Source: Acidobacteriota bacterium
GTDB lineage: Bacteria > Acidobacteriota > UBA890 > WLXD01
NCBI GenBank assembly: GCA_029263295.1
Contig: JAJCXT010000055.1
Coordinates: 17,085-81,084, forward strand
Reading direction: 5' to 3'
DNA: 64,000 nucleotides
The first letter of the stretch is position 1, and each line of letters begins with the position of its first letter. This document shows, piece after piece, positions 9,309 through 18,357 of the stretch. The notes under the pieces are model-generated. The model was not told the DNA's origin. It made no database searches and saw nothing but the letters and a program-made list of their open reading frames with translations. The position numbers and the translations under genes are program-made.

Positions 9309-9944
9309 CTACTGGCCGATGGTCATGTAGCGCTCGAAGCGGGCAACCTCGTCCTCGTCGACATACTTGCCCATCTCGCGGCGAAACTGCTCGATGCCCG
9401 CGTAGGGTCGGTACTCTTCGAACTCGTGGATCATGCGCGGGCCCACACCCGGGATCGTCGCAAAGGCCTCGGACGATGCCGAGTTCAAGTCCAGCGGCAC
9501 GAAGACGAACTGCGCGAGCCTGGCCACCTCGTCATCGTCCACGTACTTGCCCATCTCGCGGCGAAACACCGCCAAGCCCACGTACGGCCGGTACTCCTCG
9601 AACTCGTGGGCCATGCGATTGCCGACGCCGGGGATCAGAAGAACCTCGGCCTCGGTCACGTCGTTCAGATTGATCGGCAGCCACAGCTGGCCATAGAGCT
9701 CGCTCTGCTGTTCTTCGCTCAGACCGGCGCCCACGGCGGCATGCAAGGTCGCCATGCTCAGCCAAGGCCTGCCCGCCAGGACTTTCGCGGCGCCGTCAGC
9801 TCCGAGCTGCGGCACTGCCGTCAGTTCCTCTTCCGAGGCCAGGTTCGGGTTGAGCAGGCCCTGACTATCGCCAACCTGGGCCAGCAGAGGACCAGCGATC
9901 AGTAACAACAGAACCAACGCGGGGCACAAGATACGGCGCTGCAT
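9309..9944 (-). CDS. Secreted ComEA-like helix-hairpin-helix (HhH) repeat DNA-binding protein
   Basis: Signal peptide 'ILCPALVLLLLIAGPLLAQ'. A first HhH lies at 'LNPNLASEEELTAVPQLGADGAAKVLAGRP'. Two near-identical units follow: 'IPGVG[NP]RM.HEFEEYRPY.G...FRREMGKYVD.DEVAR'. Confidence 0.6.
   Translation of the reverse strand: MQRRILCPALVLLLLIAGPLLAQVGDSQGLLNPNLASEEELTAVPQLGADGAAKVLAGRPWLSMATLHAAVGAGLSEEQQSELYGQLWLPINLNDVTEAEVLLIPGVGNRMAHEFEEYRPYVGLAVFRREMGKYVDDDEVARLAQFVFVPLDLNSASSEAFATIPGVGPRMIHEFEEYRPYAGIEQFRREMGKYVDEDEVARFERYMTIGQ
9312..9635 (-). repeat. Intragenic tandem duplication (~2 x 160-180 bp) encoding the two HhH units of the ComEA-like protein
   Basis: Near-identical DNA appears twice, about 180 bp apart. 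For example 'gtacttgcccatctcgcggcgaaac' occurs near 9365 and 9546, and 'cggtactc(t/c)tcgaactcgtgg' occurs twice. Confidence 0.6.
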
Positions 9945-10185
9945 GGGCAGGCTCCTGGACGGTGTCGGATGAGCGGAATCGATGGGCCGAGATCAATCCA
10001 CAGAAGGGGAGTCGGATATCAGTTCGAAGTATGCCAGATCGAACTGCCGCCAGACCGCGGCGCGGGAACCGCCGGACCGGCTGGCCAGTTCTGACCGCTG
10101 AGACTGATCGGCACGTTCGTCTACGTTCGTGATACTATATCCATATGTGGATATATCTAGCAGTGGGTAGAGCCGGGGTGCGGCT

Positions 10186-12861
10186 GTGAGCCCGGCAGCA
10201 CGCTGGTACGAGCGCATCCTGCGCTTGGGGCCGCGTTCGCTGCGTCGCGACTTCGGCGACGACATGGTGGCGGCATTCGACGCGATGCTCGCCGATGAGT
10301 GCGCCTCTGGGAATCCGCTACCGCGCCTGAGGGTGTGGTCGCGTGTCCTGACCGATCTGCTCGTGTCCAGCCTGAACAGCATCCGGGGCCAGTCCCCCGT
10401 GTATCGAATCCCCCGAAAGAGAACTCCCATGGAATCCCGTTTTCAGGACATTCGTTTCGCTCTGCGCACGATGCGAAGGCAGCCGCTGTTCGCCGTAGTC
10501 GCCATAGCAACGATCGCGATTGGCATCAGCGCTACCGCGACGATCTTCAGCATCGCCAACGGTCTGCTGCTTCGCGCCCCGACCGGCGTGCGCGAAAGTT
10601 CGGAACTGGTGAGCATTCACCGTGTGGCCCAGGACGAAACCGGTTTTCACTCCTTCGGACTACCCGCCTTTCGCCATCTGGCGAGCGCCGACAATGGCCT
10701 CACGAACATGGCGGCCTACGACAGCTTCGGCGGCAGCCTGGTAATCGACAGCACGCCCTATCGCGTTGCCGGCTCGATCGTATCCGCGAACTACTTCGAG
10801 ACGGTGGGCGTTCGCGCGGGCCTGGGGCGCTTCTTCTACCCCGAGGAAGACACCGTGCCCGGGCGCGACCTGGTCGCAGTGATCAGCGATCGTATGTGGC
10901 ACGAGCGCTACCGGGGGGACCCGGACATCATCGGCAGCGAGCTCGTTCTGAACGGCCGCGGGTTCGTGATTATCGGCGTGACCGAGCCTGAATTCATCGG
11001 CCACCTCGCAGCTTTCCTGAACGACGTCTGGGTCCCGTTGTCGGCTCAGGGTCTGATTCGCGGCGCGACAAACCTGTCCGAAGAAGAGGCTTCGGTCGGC
11101 CTGGAGATCGTGGCTCGTCTCGCGCCGGGGTCCAATGTGGAACTGGCCCAGGACGCCATCGACAGGGCGGGCAGCGCGTTTCATGAGCCTCGCGACGAGA
11201 AGTGGTTCGGGGCTGACGTGTACGCCTACGCGCCGATCGTGCCGATCGCACGGCAGGGGCTCAACCTGTTCCTGGCCGCCATGTTCGTGGTCGCCGGCGT
11301 GCTGCTCACCATCACCGCCGTCAACGTCGCGAACATGATGTTGTCGCGCGCCGCCGCCCGGTCGCGAGAGATCGGCGTTCGCTTGGCCCTGGGCGCCACC
11401 CGTGGCCGACTGGTCACGCAGTTGCTCACAGAGAGCGTGATTCTGTTCCTCTGCGGCGGTGTCCTCGGAACGCTCATCACGGTCTGGACAACCGGCCTGC
11501 TGGGGAGCCTCGCCCTGCCAATTCCGATCCCGATGGACCTGCATTTCGCGCCGGATTTTCGAGTCCTGGCGTTCGCGCTCACGATGGCGGCCACCACCGG
11601 CATCGCGTTCGGGTTGTCGCCCGCACTGCACGCCACGCGTGGTGACCTCACCGGCGCGCTCAAGGAGAACGGCACGCCACCACGGCGCCGTCAACGACTG
11701 CGCAGCGTTCTGGTAGTCACGCAGGTGGCCGGCTCCGCATTGCTGCTGGTCGTCGCGGGGTTGCTGATTCGCTCGGCCGGGCGCGTCACCTCACTCGACC
11801 TCGGGCTCGACACCAACGATGTCCACGCGTTCATGCTCGATACCCGCGAGGCGAATCGATCGCCGGACGAGAGTCGGCAGTTCTACGGAACCCTCCTGAA
11901 CGACGCGGCGAGCTTCTCAGGCGTCGACTCGATTGGTGCCATCGATGTCCCTCCGTTGACCGGCAGCAACCAGCAGAGCACGGTGATCCTGCCGGACATG
12001 CCGCCGGAGCCAGAGGTGGGCCTGCGCAAGGTGGAGTTCGCGCAGGTCTCCCCCAGCTACCTCGCCACAATGCGCATCCCGCTGGTGGCCGGCCGCCAGT
12101 TCAGCGACGCCGACACGGCCGACACGCCCAAGGTCGTCATCGTGAACGAGCATCTGGCGAATACCTTCTGGCCCGGTGAGAGCGCCGTCGGCAAGCGTTT
12201 CGCCTTCCGGGCAGCGAACGATCCGATCGACCTCGAGATCGTTGGGGTGGCCCGCGACAGCAAGATCCGAACGCCCGGCGATCAGGCCCGACCTCTGGTC
12301 TACGGCCACTGGGAGCAGTTCGGCGGCCGCGGGTACACGGTTGTGGCGCGCGTCGAGAGCCCGTCCGTGGCACTGATGATCCGCGACTACGTCAGCGAGA
12401 TCGACCCGGTACTGCCGCCGGCGCAGCCCATCGAGTACGCCGAACTAGTGGGCCTGTCATTGCTGCCGGCGAAGATCGCGACGATTCTCGCCACAGTGTT
12501 CGGCGCGGCGGGCCTGCTTCTCGTAGCACTGGGCCTCTACGGCCTTCTAGCCTATTCGGTAGCCCAGCGATCACACGAGATCGGCGTGCGTATGGCGCTG
12601 GGTGCTCACCAGTCCAGCGTGCGGAGCATGATCGTCGGCGACGGGCTCCGACTTACCGTGGTGGGACTCGGCATCGGTCTCCTGGCGGCCGCCGGCCTCG
12701 GCCAGCTCATTCGCTGGATGCTGTTCGGCCTGAGCCCATTCGACCCGGTCACATTCATCAGCATCGCCGTGCTGCTGTTGACCATCGCCGGCCTGGCCTG
12801 CTGGCTACCGGCGCGCCGCGCCGCGGCGACCAACCCCGTCAACGCATTGAGAGCAGAGTAA
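10186..12861 (+). CDS. MacB/FtsX-type duplicated orphan permease (ADOP family) with prefix domain (module 2)
   Basis: 891 aa with a GTG start. The prefix is 'ARWYERILRLGPRSLRRDFGDDMVAAF...LPRLRVWSRVLTDLL'. FtsX block 1 is 'NVANMMLSRAAARSREIGVRLALGA' and block 2 is 'YSVAQRSHEIGVRMALGA'. The C-terminus is 'PVNALRAE'. Confidence 0.85.
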   Translation: MSPAARWYERILRLGPRSLRRDFGDDMVAAFDAMLADECASGNPLPRLRVWSRVLTDLLVSSLNSIRGQSPVYRIPRKRTPMESRFQDIRFALRTMRRQPLFAVVAIATIAIGISATATIFSIANGLLLRAPTGVRESSELVSIHRVAQDETGFHSFGLPAFRHLASADNGLTNMAAYDSFGGSLVIDSTPYRVAGSIVSANYFETVGVRAGLGRFFYPEEDTVPGRDLVAVISDRMWHERYRGDPDIIGSELVLNGRGFVIIGVTEPEFIGHLAAFLNDVWVPLSAQGLIRGATNLSEEEASVGLEIVARLAPGSNVELAQDAIDRAGSAFHEPRDEKWFGADVYAYAPIVPIARQGLNLFLAAMFVVAGVLLTITAVNVANMMLSRAAARSREIGVRLALGATRGRLVTQLLTESVILFLCGGVLGTLITVWTTGLLGSLALPIPIPMDLHFAPDFRVLAFALTMAATTGIAFGLSPALHATRGDLTGALKENGTPPRRRQRLRSVLVVTQVAGSALLLVVAGLLIRSAGRVTSLDLGLDTNDVHAFMLDTREANRSPDESRQFYGTLLNDAASFSGVDSIGAIDVPPLTGSNQQSTVILPDMPPEPEVGLRKVEFAQVSPSYLATMRIPLVAGRQFSDADTADTPKVVIVNEHLANTFWPGESAVGKRFAFRAANDPIDLEIVGVARDSKIRTPGDQARPLVYGHWEQFGGRGYTVVARVESPSVALMIRDYVSEIDPVLPPAQPIEYAELVGLSLLPAKIATILATVFGAAGLLLVALGLYGLLAYSVAQRSHEIGVRMALGAHQSSVRSMIVGDGLRLTVVGLGIGLLAAAGLGQLIRWMLFGLSPFDPVTFISIAVLLLTIAGLACWLPARRAAATNPVNALRAE

Positions 12862-12866
12862 GCACG

Positions 12867-13175
12867 ATGAGCCAACCGTTGCGCCCGCTGGTGTTCCAGA
12901 TTCTCCTGATCCTCAACGAGGAGGAAACACACGGCTACGGAATCATGAAAGCCGTTAACGAACGCACAGGCCGTAAGACGATCCTGGGACCGGCCACGCT
13001 CTACCGCACGCTCGGACAGATGCGTGACCAGGGACTGATCGACGAGACCCCCACCGACGATGAGCGGCGCCGCGTCTACACGCTGAGCGAAGAAGGGCGC
13101 CGCATGGCCCGGGACGAGGCCGAGCGCATGGCGATGCTCGTGGAACGGGCGCGCGCCGGGCGGCTCCTTGGCTAG
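12867..13175 (+). CDS. PadR-family transcriptional regulator (subtype B; module 2, downstream of its permease)
   Basis: 102 aa with 'LVFQILLILNEEETHGYGIMKAVNERTG...LYRTLGQMRDQGLI...RRVYTLSEEG'. It lies 5 bp after the ADOP2 stop. Confidence 0.85.
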   Translation: MSQPLRPLVFQILLILNEEETHGYGIMKAVNERTGRKTILGPATLYRTLGQMRDQGLIDETPTDDERRRVYTLSEEGRRMARDEAERMAMLVERARAGRLLG

Positions 13176-13181
13176 ACGTCG

Positions 13182-14336
13182 TTAGAACGAACTCTTGAGC
13201 CAGGCGAAGACGCTACTGCCGTTGTCACCGGAGAACTGCGTTTCGGCGCCGCCAAAGAGCAACTGGCCCGCGGCCGACAGCGTGATGTTGTTCGACAGTG
13301 AATAGTCCAACCGCGGGCTGACGTAGGCAGAGTGATCGTTCGGATTGAACACCGACGCCATGCCCAGTCGAGTTAGCGGCGACAGCTGATACTGCGCCGC
13401 GACCATGACATTCCAGCGCGCCAGACTTAGCGTTCGCGCGTCGACGAAGACGGTGCCGAGAATGGGGCTGTTCCCTACCGGTTCGGTGGTCCCGAGACTG
13501 TTGTAGATGAACTCGGTAGTCAGCATGAGGCTGCTCGCGAACGTGTAGTTAGCGCCCGCCGAAGCGATGAACTGCTCGTCGGTGATCGCGCCAGTGCCCC
13601 CCGGGCCGAAGTACGTTAGCTCGCCGTTGAACCCCGCCGCGCCTAGTTGCCCGGACCACCCGAACCCGACGCCAACCGCGCCCTGGACCGACCCGGCAAG
13701 CGCCTGCACATCGTAGCCACCGACGTTGGTGCGGAACAGTCCGGCCGCTGTCACCCGGTCGTCGTAGTCCACCTTCACCGCCGCCTCGGCGGAAGACACC
13801 GGCCCAGTGTAATAGCGCACCCGCATGGAGTCGGATCCCGGCTTCTCGATATAGGTGATGTCGAAGAAGGACGCCGCGTTGAAGATGTCGTTCGGGTTCC
13901 ACACCATGTTCATGCCCCAGTTCACGCGCTGGCGGCCCGCTTGCATCTCGAGGCTGCCGCTCGTGTGCTGAATACTGAAGCGATCGAAATTCACGTAGGC
14001 GACATGATCGTTGGCCGAGCTGATCTCGTAGGTGAGATCCAGCCAGCCGGGATCGAGCGTGACGAGGTCGCCATACCCCGGAACGGACTCCACAATGCCA
14101 CCGTACGTCGTCAGGGCACGCCCCGCGGCATAGCCTTCCCAGCCATCCGTGGGATACCAGCGCAGGTCGAGCCGAGCGTTGAATTGACTGGTCAGCGGCA
14201 CCGATTCGCGCGCACCGAACACGCCAATCGCCAGGGTCTCCCAGAAACCTGACAGTTCGAAAGCCGCATTCTGGGCGTGCGCCGGCGCGGCGGCACCGAC
14301 TGCGAGCAGCAGGAACGCGAGGCGCGCTAGCCTCAT
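13182..14336 (-). CDS. Outer-membrane beta-barrel protein (porin-like), the last gene of the Lol-like ABC operon
   Basis: Signal peptide 'MRLARLAFLLLAVGAAAPAHAQ'. It has alternating amphipathic beta-strand patterns with Y/G-rich loops and a C-terminal '...AWLKSSF' with terminal Phe, typical of OMPs. Confidence 0.5.
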   Translation of the reverse strand: MRLARLAFLLLAVGAAAPAHAQNAAFELSGFWETLAIGVFGARESVPLTSQFNARLDLRWYPTDGWEGYAAGRALTTYGGIVESVPGYGDLVTLDPGWLDLTYEISSANDHVAYVNFDRFSIQHTSGSLEMQAGRQRVNWGMNMVWNPNDIFNAASFFDITYIEKPGSDSMRVRYYTGPVSSAEAAVKVDYDDRVTAAGLFRTNVGGYDVQALAGSVQGAVGVGFGWSGQLGAAGFNGELTYFGPGGTGAITDEQFIASAGANYTFASSLMLTTEFIYNSLGTTEPVGNSPILGTVFVDARTLSLARWNVMVAAQYQLSPLTRLGMASVFNPNDHSAYVSPRLDYSLSNNITLSAAGQLLFGGAETQFSGDNGSSVFAWLKSSF

Positions 14337-14337
14337 G

Positions 14338-15024
14338 TCAATGCGCCGTCGAATCGCTCACGACCTTGCCGTCGTCGAGCGCTACTACCCGTCGCGCTTT
14401 GTCGATGACGCGTTGGTCATGCGTGGCAAACACGAAGGTGACGCCGCTCTGGCGGTTCATCTCGAGCATCATGTCGAGCAGATCTTCGGTCGCGTGCGAG
14501 TCGAGATTGGCCGTGGGCTCGTCCGCGAGCACGAACTCCGGCTTCGAGGCGAGCGAGCGCGCGACCGCGACGCGTTGCTGCTGACCACCGGACATCAGCG
14601 CCGGCCGAACTTCGGCCTTCTCGGCAATGCCGACCGCTTCGAGCAGCTCGCGCGACCGCACGGAGCGATCCGCCTTGTCCACGCCCTGCAGTTCCATGAT
14701 GAACTCGATGTTCTCGCGCGCCGTCAGTACCGGGATCAGGTTGTAGGCCTGAAAGACGAACCCGATCCGGAGAAGGCGAAAGTCCGTGAGTTCACGATCG
14801 CTCATGCTGTCGATGCGCGTGCCGCCAATAAGAATCTCGCCCGACGTCACGGAATCGAGTCCACCCACCATGTTCAGGAGCGTCGTCTTGCCGCATCCGG
14901 AGGGCCCGATGATGGCCGTGAACTCGCCCTTCTCGACCTGCAGGTTGATGCCATTCACGGCGTGAACCGGCACACCGTTGCCCTCGTAGGTCTTGTACAC
15001 ATCGCGAGCGTCAATTACGGGCAC
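14338..15024 (-). CDS. ABC transporter ATP-binding protein, LolD/MacB type
   Basis: Walker A is 'GPSGCGKTT'. It has the Q-loop, the signature 'MSGGQQQRVAVARSL', Walker B 'FVLADEPT' and the H-loop 'ATHD'. It is the only ABC ATPase in the window. Confidence 0.9.
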   Translation of the reverse strand: MPVIDARDVYKTYEGNGVPVHAVNGINLQVEKGEFTAIIGPSGCGKTTLLNMVGGLDSVTSGEILIGGTRIDSMSDRELTDFRLLRIGFVFQAYNLIPVLTARENIEFIMELQGVDKADRSVRSRELLEAVGIAEKAEVRPALMSGGQQQRVAVARSLASKPEFVLADEPTANLDSHATEDLLDMMLEMNRQSGVTFVFATHDQRVIDKARRVVALDDGKVVSDSTAH

Positions 15025-15036
15025 TGCTTTCCCCTA

Positions 15037-16257
15037 TCAAGTGTCGGCTCGGATCGCCTCGGCCGGCAGCAGTTTCAGCGCGCGGCGAGCGGGATAGATA
15101 GACGCGATGAATGCGGTCACCAGGACCATGGCCGCGACCTTGAAGTAGAACGTCGTGGTGCTCTCGGGATAGACGATCGGGTCGTAGCCAATGGCCCTGA
15201 ACCCATCCGAGTAAGCCTGCAGGTTCAACCCCACTCGCTGCGTGTAACCCACCACGGCAACGCTGAGCGCGATGCCCGCGATACCACCGACCATCGACAG
15301 GAACGCGGTCTCGTACAGCAGCATCCGGAATACCCGTACGCGTGCCATTCCGAGAGCCATCAGCATGCCGATCTCACGGGTGCGCTCCATCACCACCATC
15401 AGCATCGTGTTGACGATGCCAAAGCCGAGGGCGGTCAGGATGATCGCCAGGAACCCGTACCCGAACGCTCCGGTGAAGTCAGCGGTCAACTGGAGCAGCG
15501 GCGAGAGGTCCCGCCATGTCCGCACGAGGAACTCCGGGTGGGCCTCGGCGACCGCCTCGGCGACTTCCAGCGTGGCATCACGCGGCTCCACGCGAACAAT
15601 GATCTCCGAGGCTGCGCCGGCGGCAAAACCCGTCAACTCTGCGAGATCTTGCTGCGTGACGAACACATTGGCGCCGTCGAACATACTGTTGATGGTCTCG
15701 AAGATCCCGACCACGCGAAAGGCACCGTAGACGATCTCTCCGGTCGGGCTCACGACGGACGCGACCACGCGCGACCGCAGCCGGACCTCGAGATCCTCGG
15801 CGGTCTCGCGGCTCATCAACATCGGGATGCGTTCGTCGGCGCTGAGGTACTCGCCCTCCACCAGTTTCTCCGCGAGGTCCGAGACCTCGCCAACGTGCTC
15901 GAGATCCACGCCCGCGATGCGCACGGCCGCGGTGCCCTCGGCGCTGCTGACCATCGCCGTCCCGACGATGCGCGACGACACCCCGACCACGCTGGGTAAC
16001 TGGCGAATCTCGTCCACCAGGACGTCGACATCGTCGAGTGCGTAACGCAGGTCGCGGTCGGCGGGGTACTCGGGATGGTGCACCTGGAAGTTGCCGAGCT
16101 CGGTACGGAGCGTGCCGCGAATCTGCTGGTTGGCGAGCCCCATCATGAGGGCGTAGCTGAACACACCACCAAGAAGGCCAAAGGCGATGGCCGAGGCAAT
16201 GACGAGGCTGCGCAGGCGGTTGCGCCAGACGTTGCGCCAGGCGATGTGCCACAGCAT
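15037..16257 (-). CDS. FtsX-family ABC permease (LolC/LolE-like)
   Basis: 406 aa. It has 'MLWHIAWRNVWRNRLRS' with TM1, a periplasmic domain, and C-terminal FtsX 'MERTREIGMLMALGMAR...' with 3 TM helices. Confidence 0.85.
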   Translation of the reverse strand: MLWHIAWRNVWRNRLRSLVIASAIAFGLLGGVFSYALMMGLANQQIRGTLRTELGNFQVHHPEYPADRDLRYALDDVDVLVDEIRQLPSVVGVSSRIVGTAMVSSAEGTAAVRIAGVDLEHVGEVSDLAEKLVEGEYLSADERIPMLMSRETAEDLEVRLRSRVVASVVSPTGEIVYGAFRVVGIFETINSMFDGANVFVTQQDLAELTGFAAGAASEIIVRVEPRDATLEVAEAVAEAHPEFLVRTWRDLSPLLQLTADFTGAFGYGFLAIILTALGFGIVNTMLMVVMERTREIGMLMALGMARVRVFRMLLYETAFLSMVGGIAGIALSVAVVGYTQRVGLNLQAYSDGFRAIGYDPIVYPESTTTFYFKVAAMVLVTAFIASIYPARRALKLLPAEAIRADT

Positions 16258-16260
16258 CGC

Positions 16261-17481
16261 CTACCTCCCGGTGATGGCGCGCATGATGTGCAGGCGCCGG
16301 ATGGAGACGATCGGGAAGGAGGCAACGACCAACGCCATCACCAGAACCACGAGTCCCTGCGCCACGAAGATGCCAGGATCGAGCGCAAAGGGGATGAACG
16401 GCGGGATGTTGAACTCCTCGAAGACCGTCACCAGATCGCCCGTCACCGGTATCGGATGGAGGTGAAACCAGTAGATGATCGGCATCGAGACAATCAACCC
16501 CGCCACCACGCCGACGACGACCAGCGCGATGGTCTCGATGAACAGCACCATCGCCAACCTGCTCCTGCGCAGACCCACGGCGTTCATCACGCCAAACTCG
16601 CGCCGGCGCTCCATCGTGCTCATGAGCACGGTGCCCAGCAGCCCGAATCCGGCCACCATGTAGAGAATCCCCAGCATGAAGATGCCGCCCGCGCTGTCCG
16701 ACTGAATCTGCTGCACGACCTCCTTCGACGTTTCACGCCAGGTCATCACCTCGTAGTCGGTGCCGAGTATGGCGACGAGTGCGTCCGCGGTTACCTGCAA
16801 CGCGCCGCCGTTGTCGAGCATCACGGACAGTGAGGTCACCTGGTCAGGCGGAGCGGCGTACAGCTCACGCGCCGCGGCCAGGGGCACGTACGCCATGCCG
16901 GTCTCGAGGTTGCCCATCATCGTGAGATCGAAGATCCCGATCACCGGCAGGAGGTCCGCGGCCGTCTGACCACGATACCCGGCCCCGAGTAGCACCACCT
17001 CATCGCCAACTGTCGCGCCGAGGTAGTCGGCGAGGCTGCGCAGGAGGAGCACTCCGCGCTGGCCCGCGGCAAGATAGTCCCCTTCGACCACGCGGTCGGC
17101 GAGCGAAGTGTAGCGATGCTCCACCGCCGGTTCCGTCCCGATGACGGCCGACGGCTTGGTGCGGTCACCGAACGAGATCAGAGCGAACGACTCCAGGCGC
17201 GGAATGACGTCGACCACACCCTCTACCGTCATCACCTGGCCGAGCGTCGCAGCGTCGGCGTGGATCGACCGGTCGATGGACTTGTTGTCCCAGTAGCCCT
17301 CCCCGTGCACCTGAATGTAGCCGGTCCTCGCCACCGTCGAGCCGATCATGGCGTCGTAGCTGCCGTACTGCATCGAGCGCATCAGCAAGCCGAGGACCAC
17401 TGCGAGGAGGATGGTGGCCAGAGTCAACACCGACCGGCGTCGGTTCCTCCACACATTGCGCCAGGCGAGGGTCCAGAGCAT
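16261..17481 (-). CDS. FtsX-family ABC permease (LolC/LolE-like), paralogue of the preceding gene
   Basis: 406 aa. It has 'MLWTLAWRNVWRNRRRS...' and C-terminal FtsX 'MERRREFGVMNAVGLRRSR'. Confidence 0.85.
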   Translation of the reverse strand: MLWTLAWRNVWRNRRRSVLTLATILLAVVLGLLMRSMQYGSYDAMIGSTVARTGYIQVHGEGYWDNKSIDRSIHADAATLGQVMTVEGVVDVIPRLESFALISFGDRTKPSAVIGTEPAVEHRYTSLADRVVEGDYLAAGQRGVLLLRSLADYLGATVGDEVVLLGAGYRGQTAADLLPVIGIFDLTMMGNLETGMAYVPLAAARELYAAPPDQVTSLSVMLDNGGALQVTADALVAILGTDYEVMTWRETSKEVVQQIQSDSAGGIFMLGILYMVAGFGLLGTVLMSTMERRREFGVMNAVGLRRSRLAMVLFIETIALVVVGVVAGLIVSMPIIYWFHLHPIPVTGDLVTVFEEFNIPPFIPFALDPGIFVAQGLVVLVMALVVASFPIVSIRRLHIMRAITGR

Positions 17482-17484
17482 TCC

Positions 17485-18261
17485 CTACCTCACGGTGCGC
17501 ATTCGTTGCTGCGAGAAAAAGGCCTCGTCAACGTCAATGTGGAAATCGGCCGTCTCGGTGACCATGATGGTCTGGTGGCCGGGCTTCTTCGCGTCCTCCA
17601 TCACCATGCGGGTGGGAATCTCGCGGTCGTCCATCAGCTTCACGTCGCTGGCCGTGAGCCGGTTGATGAGCTCGCCGTCTTCGTCGTAGTACTCGGCTCG
17701 CAGCATGAAGTACTCGGTCTTCGCGATCCACAGCACCACACGACCCCACACGACCGGAGCCTCCGGCAGCGGCATGAGCTCGATCTGATAGGTGTCGTGA
17801 CCCTCGACGGTCTCCTGGCCAACGATCTCCTGGGTGTAGTCGATCACCAGCGAGTCGACGCGCACGAGGTCGTTGTTGGTGAAGTCGGAGCCCATCCATG
17901 ACTGGTTCATCATCGACGGGGGGATCTTCACGGAGCGTTGAACACGCGGGACCCAGTTCCACATGTCGTTCTCACGCTTGAGAAATACCTGCCCCTTGTC
18001 GCGCGCCGGCGCCGTGATCAGGATCAGGTAGTAGTCGGTGCCCAGCGACCACGACTTCATGGCCATCTCACGGGTCCAGTCAGGCCGGACGATCTGCATG
18101 CTCGCGGTCGAGTAGCTGTTGAGCCCGCGTGCAAGGTCGTTGGCGCGGCGCACCAGTTCGCGCGCGTCGAGGTCCTGCCCGGCGATGCCGGAACTGGCCG
18201 TGGCGAAGGCGGCCAGGATGAGAGCGATCAAGCCCTTCCGCGCGGATCTGGCCAACGACAT
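17485..18261 (-). CDS. LolA-like 'outer membrane lipoprotein-sorting protein' family periplasmic protein
   Basis: The start is an ATG preceded by GGAGGA ('MSLARSARKGLIALILAAFATASSGIAGQD' signal peptide). The body 'WNWVPRVQRSVKIPPSMMNQSWMGSDFTNNDLVR...' resembles the LolA-like fold family commonly encoded with FtsX/ABC exporters. Confidence 0.55.
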   Translation of the reverse strand: MSLARSARKGLIALILAAFATASSGIAGQDLDARELVRRANDLARGLNSYSTASMQIVRPDWTREMAMKSWSLGTDYYLILITAPARDKGQVFLKRENDMWNWVPRVQRSVKIPPSMMNQSWMGSDFTNNDLVRVDSLVIDYTQEIVGQETVEGHDTYQIELMPLPEAPVVWGRVVLWIAKTEYFMLRAEYYDEDGELINRLTASDVKLMDDREIPTRMVMEDAKKPGHQTIMVTETADFHIDVDEAFFSQQRMRTVR

Positions 18262-18357
18262 GGCATCCTCCACCGTTACTCGGATCGCCGGCCGCAGACG
18301 GCCGTGCTGGTTCAAGGATAACGCCAAAGAGGTGTCGCCGCTCGGATTTAGCCGGCC

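Noticed and set aside
8526-9673. Plus-strand ORFs of 162 and 307 aa (8526-9014 and 8750-9673), extremely Arg/Pro/Ser-rich
   Set aside because: They overlap the minus-strand membrane protein and the ComEA-like gene, and are low-complexity, so they are non-coding frames.
10660-11694. 344-aa minus-strand ORF inside ADOP2 (similar cases at 368-1225, 3552-4091, 4403-4981, 34944-35870 and 39347-39643)
   Set aside because: These are antisense or alternative-frame ORFs inside strongly supported genes. Their R/G/H-rich translations are typical of 68% GC DNA.
14335-15999. 554-aa plus-strand ORF (also 16075-16833 and 17116-17901 on the plus strand)
   Set aside because: These are antisense to the ABC ATPase and FtsX permease genes, which carry unambiguous Walker and FtsX motifs. 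Their translations are H/R/D-rich low-complexity sequence.
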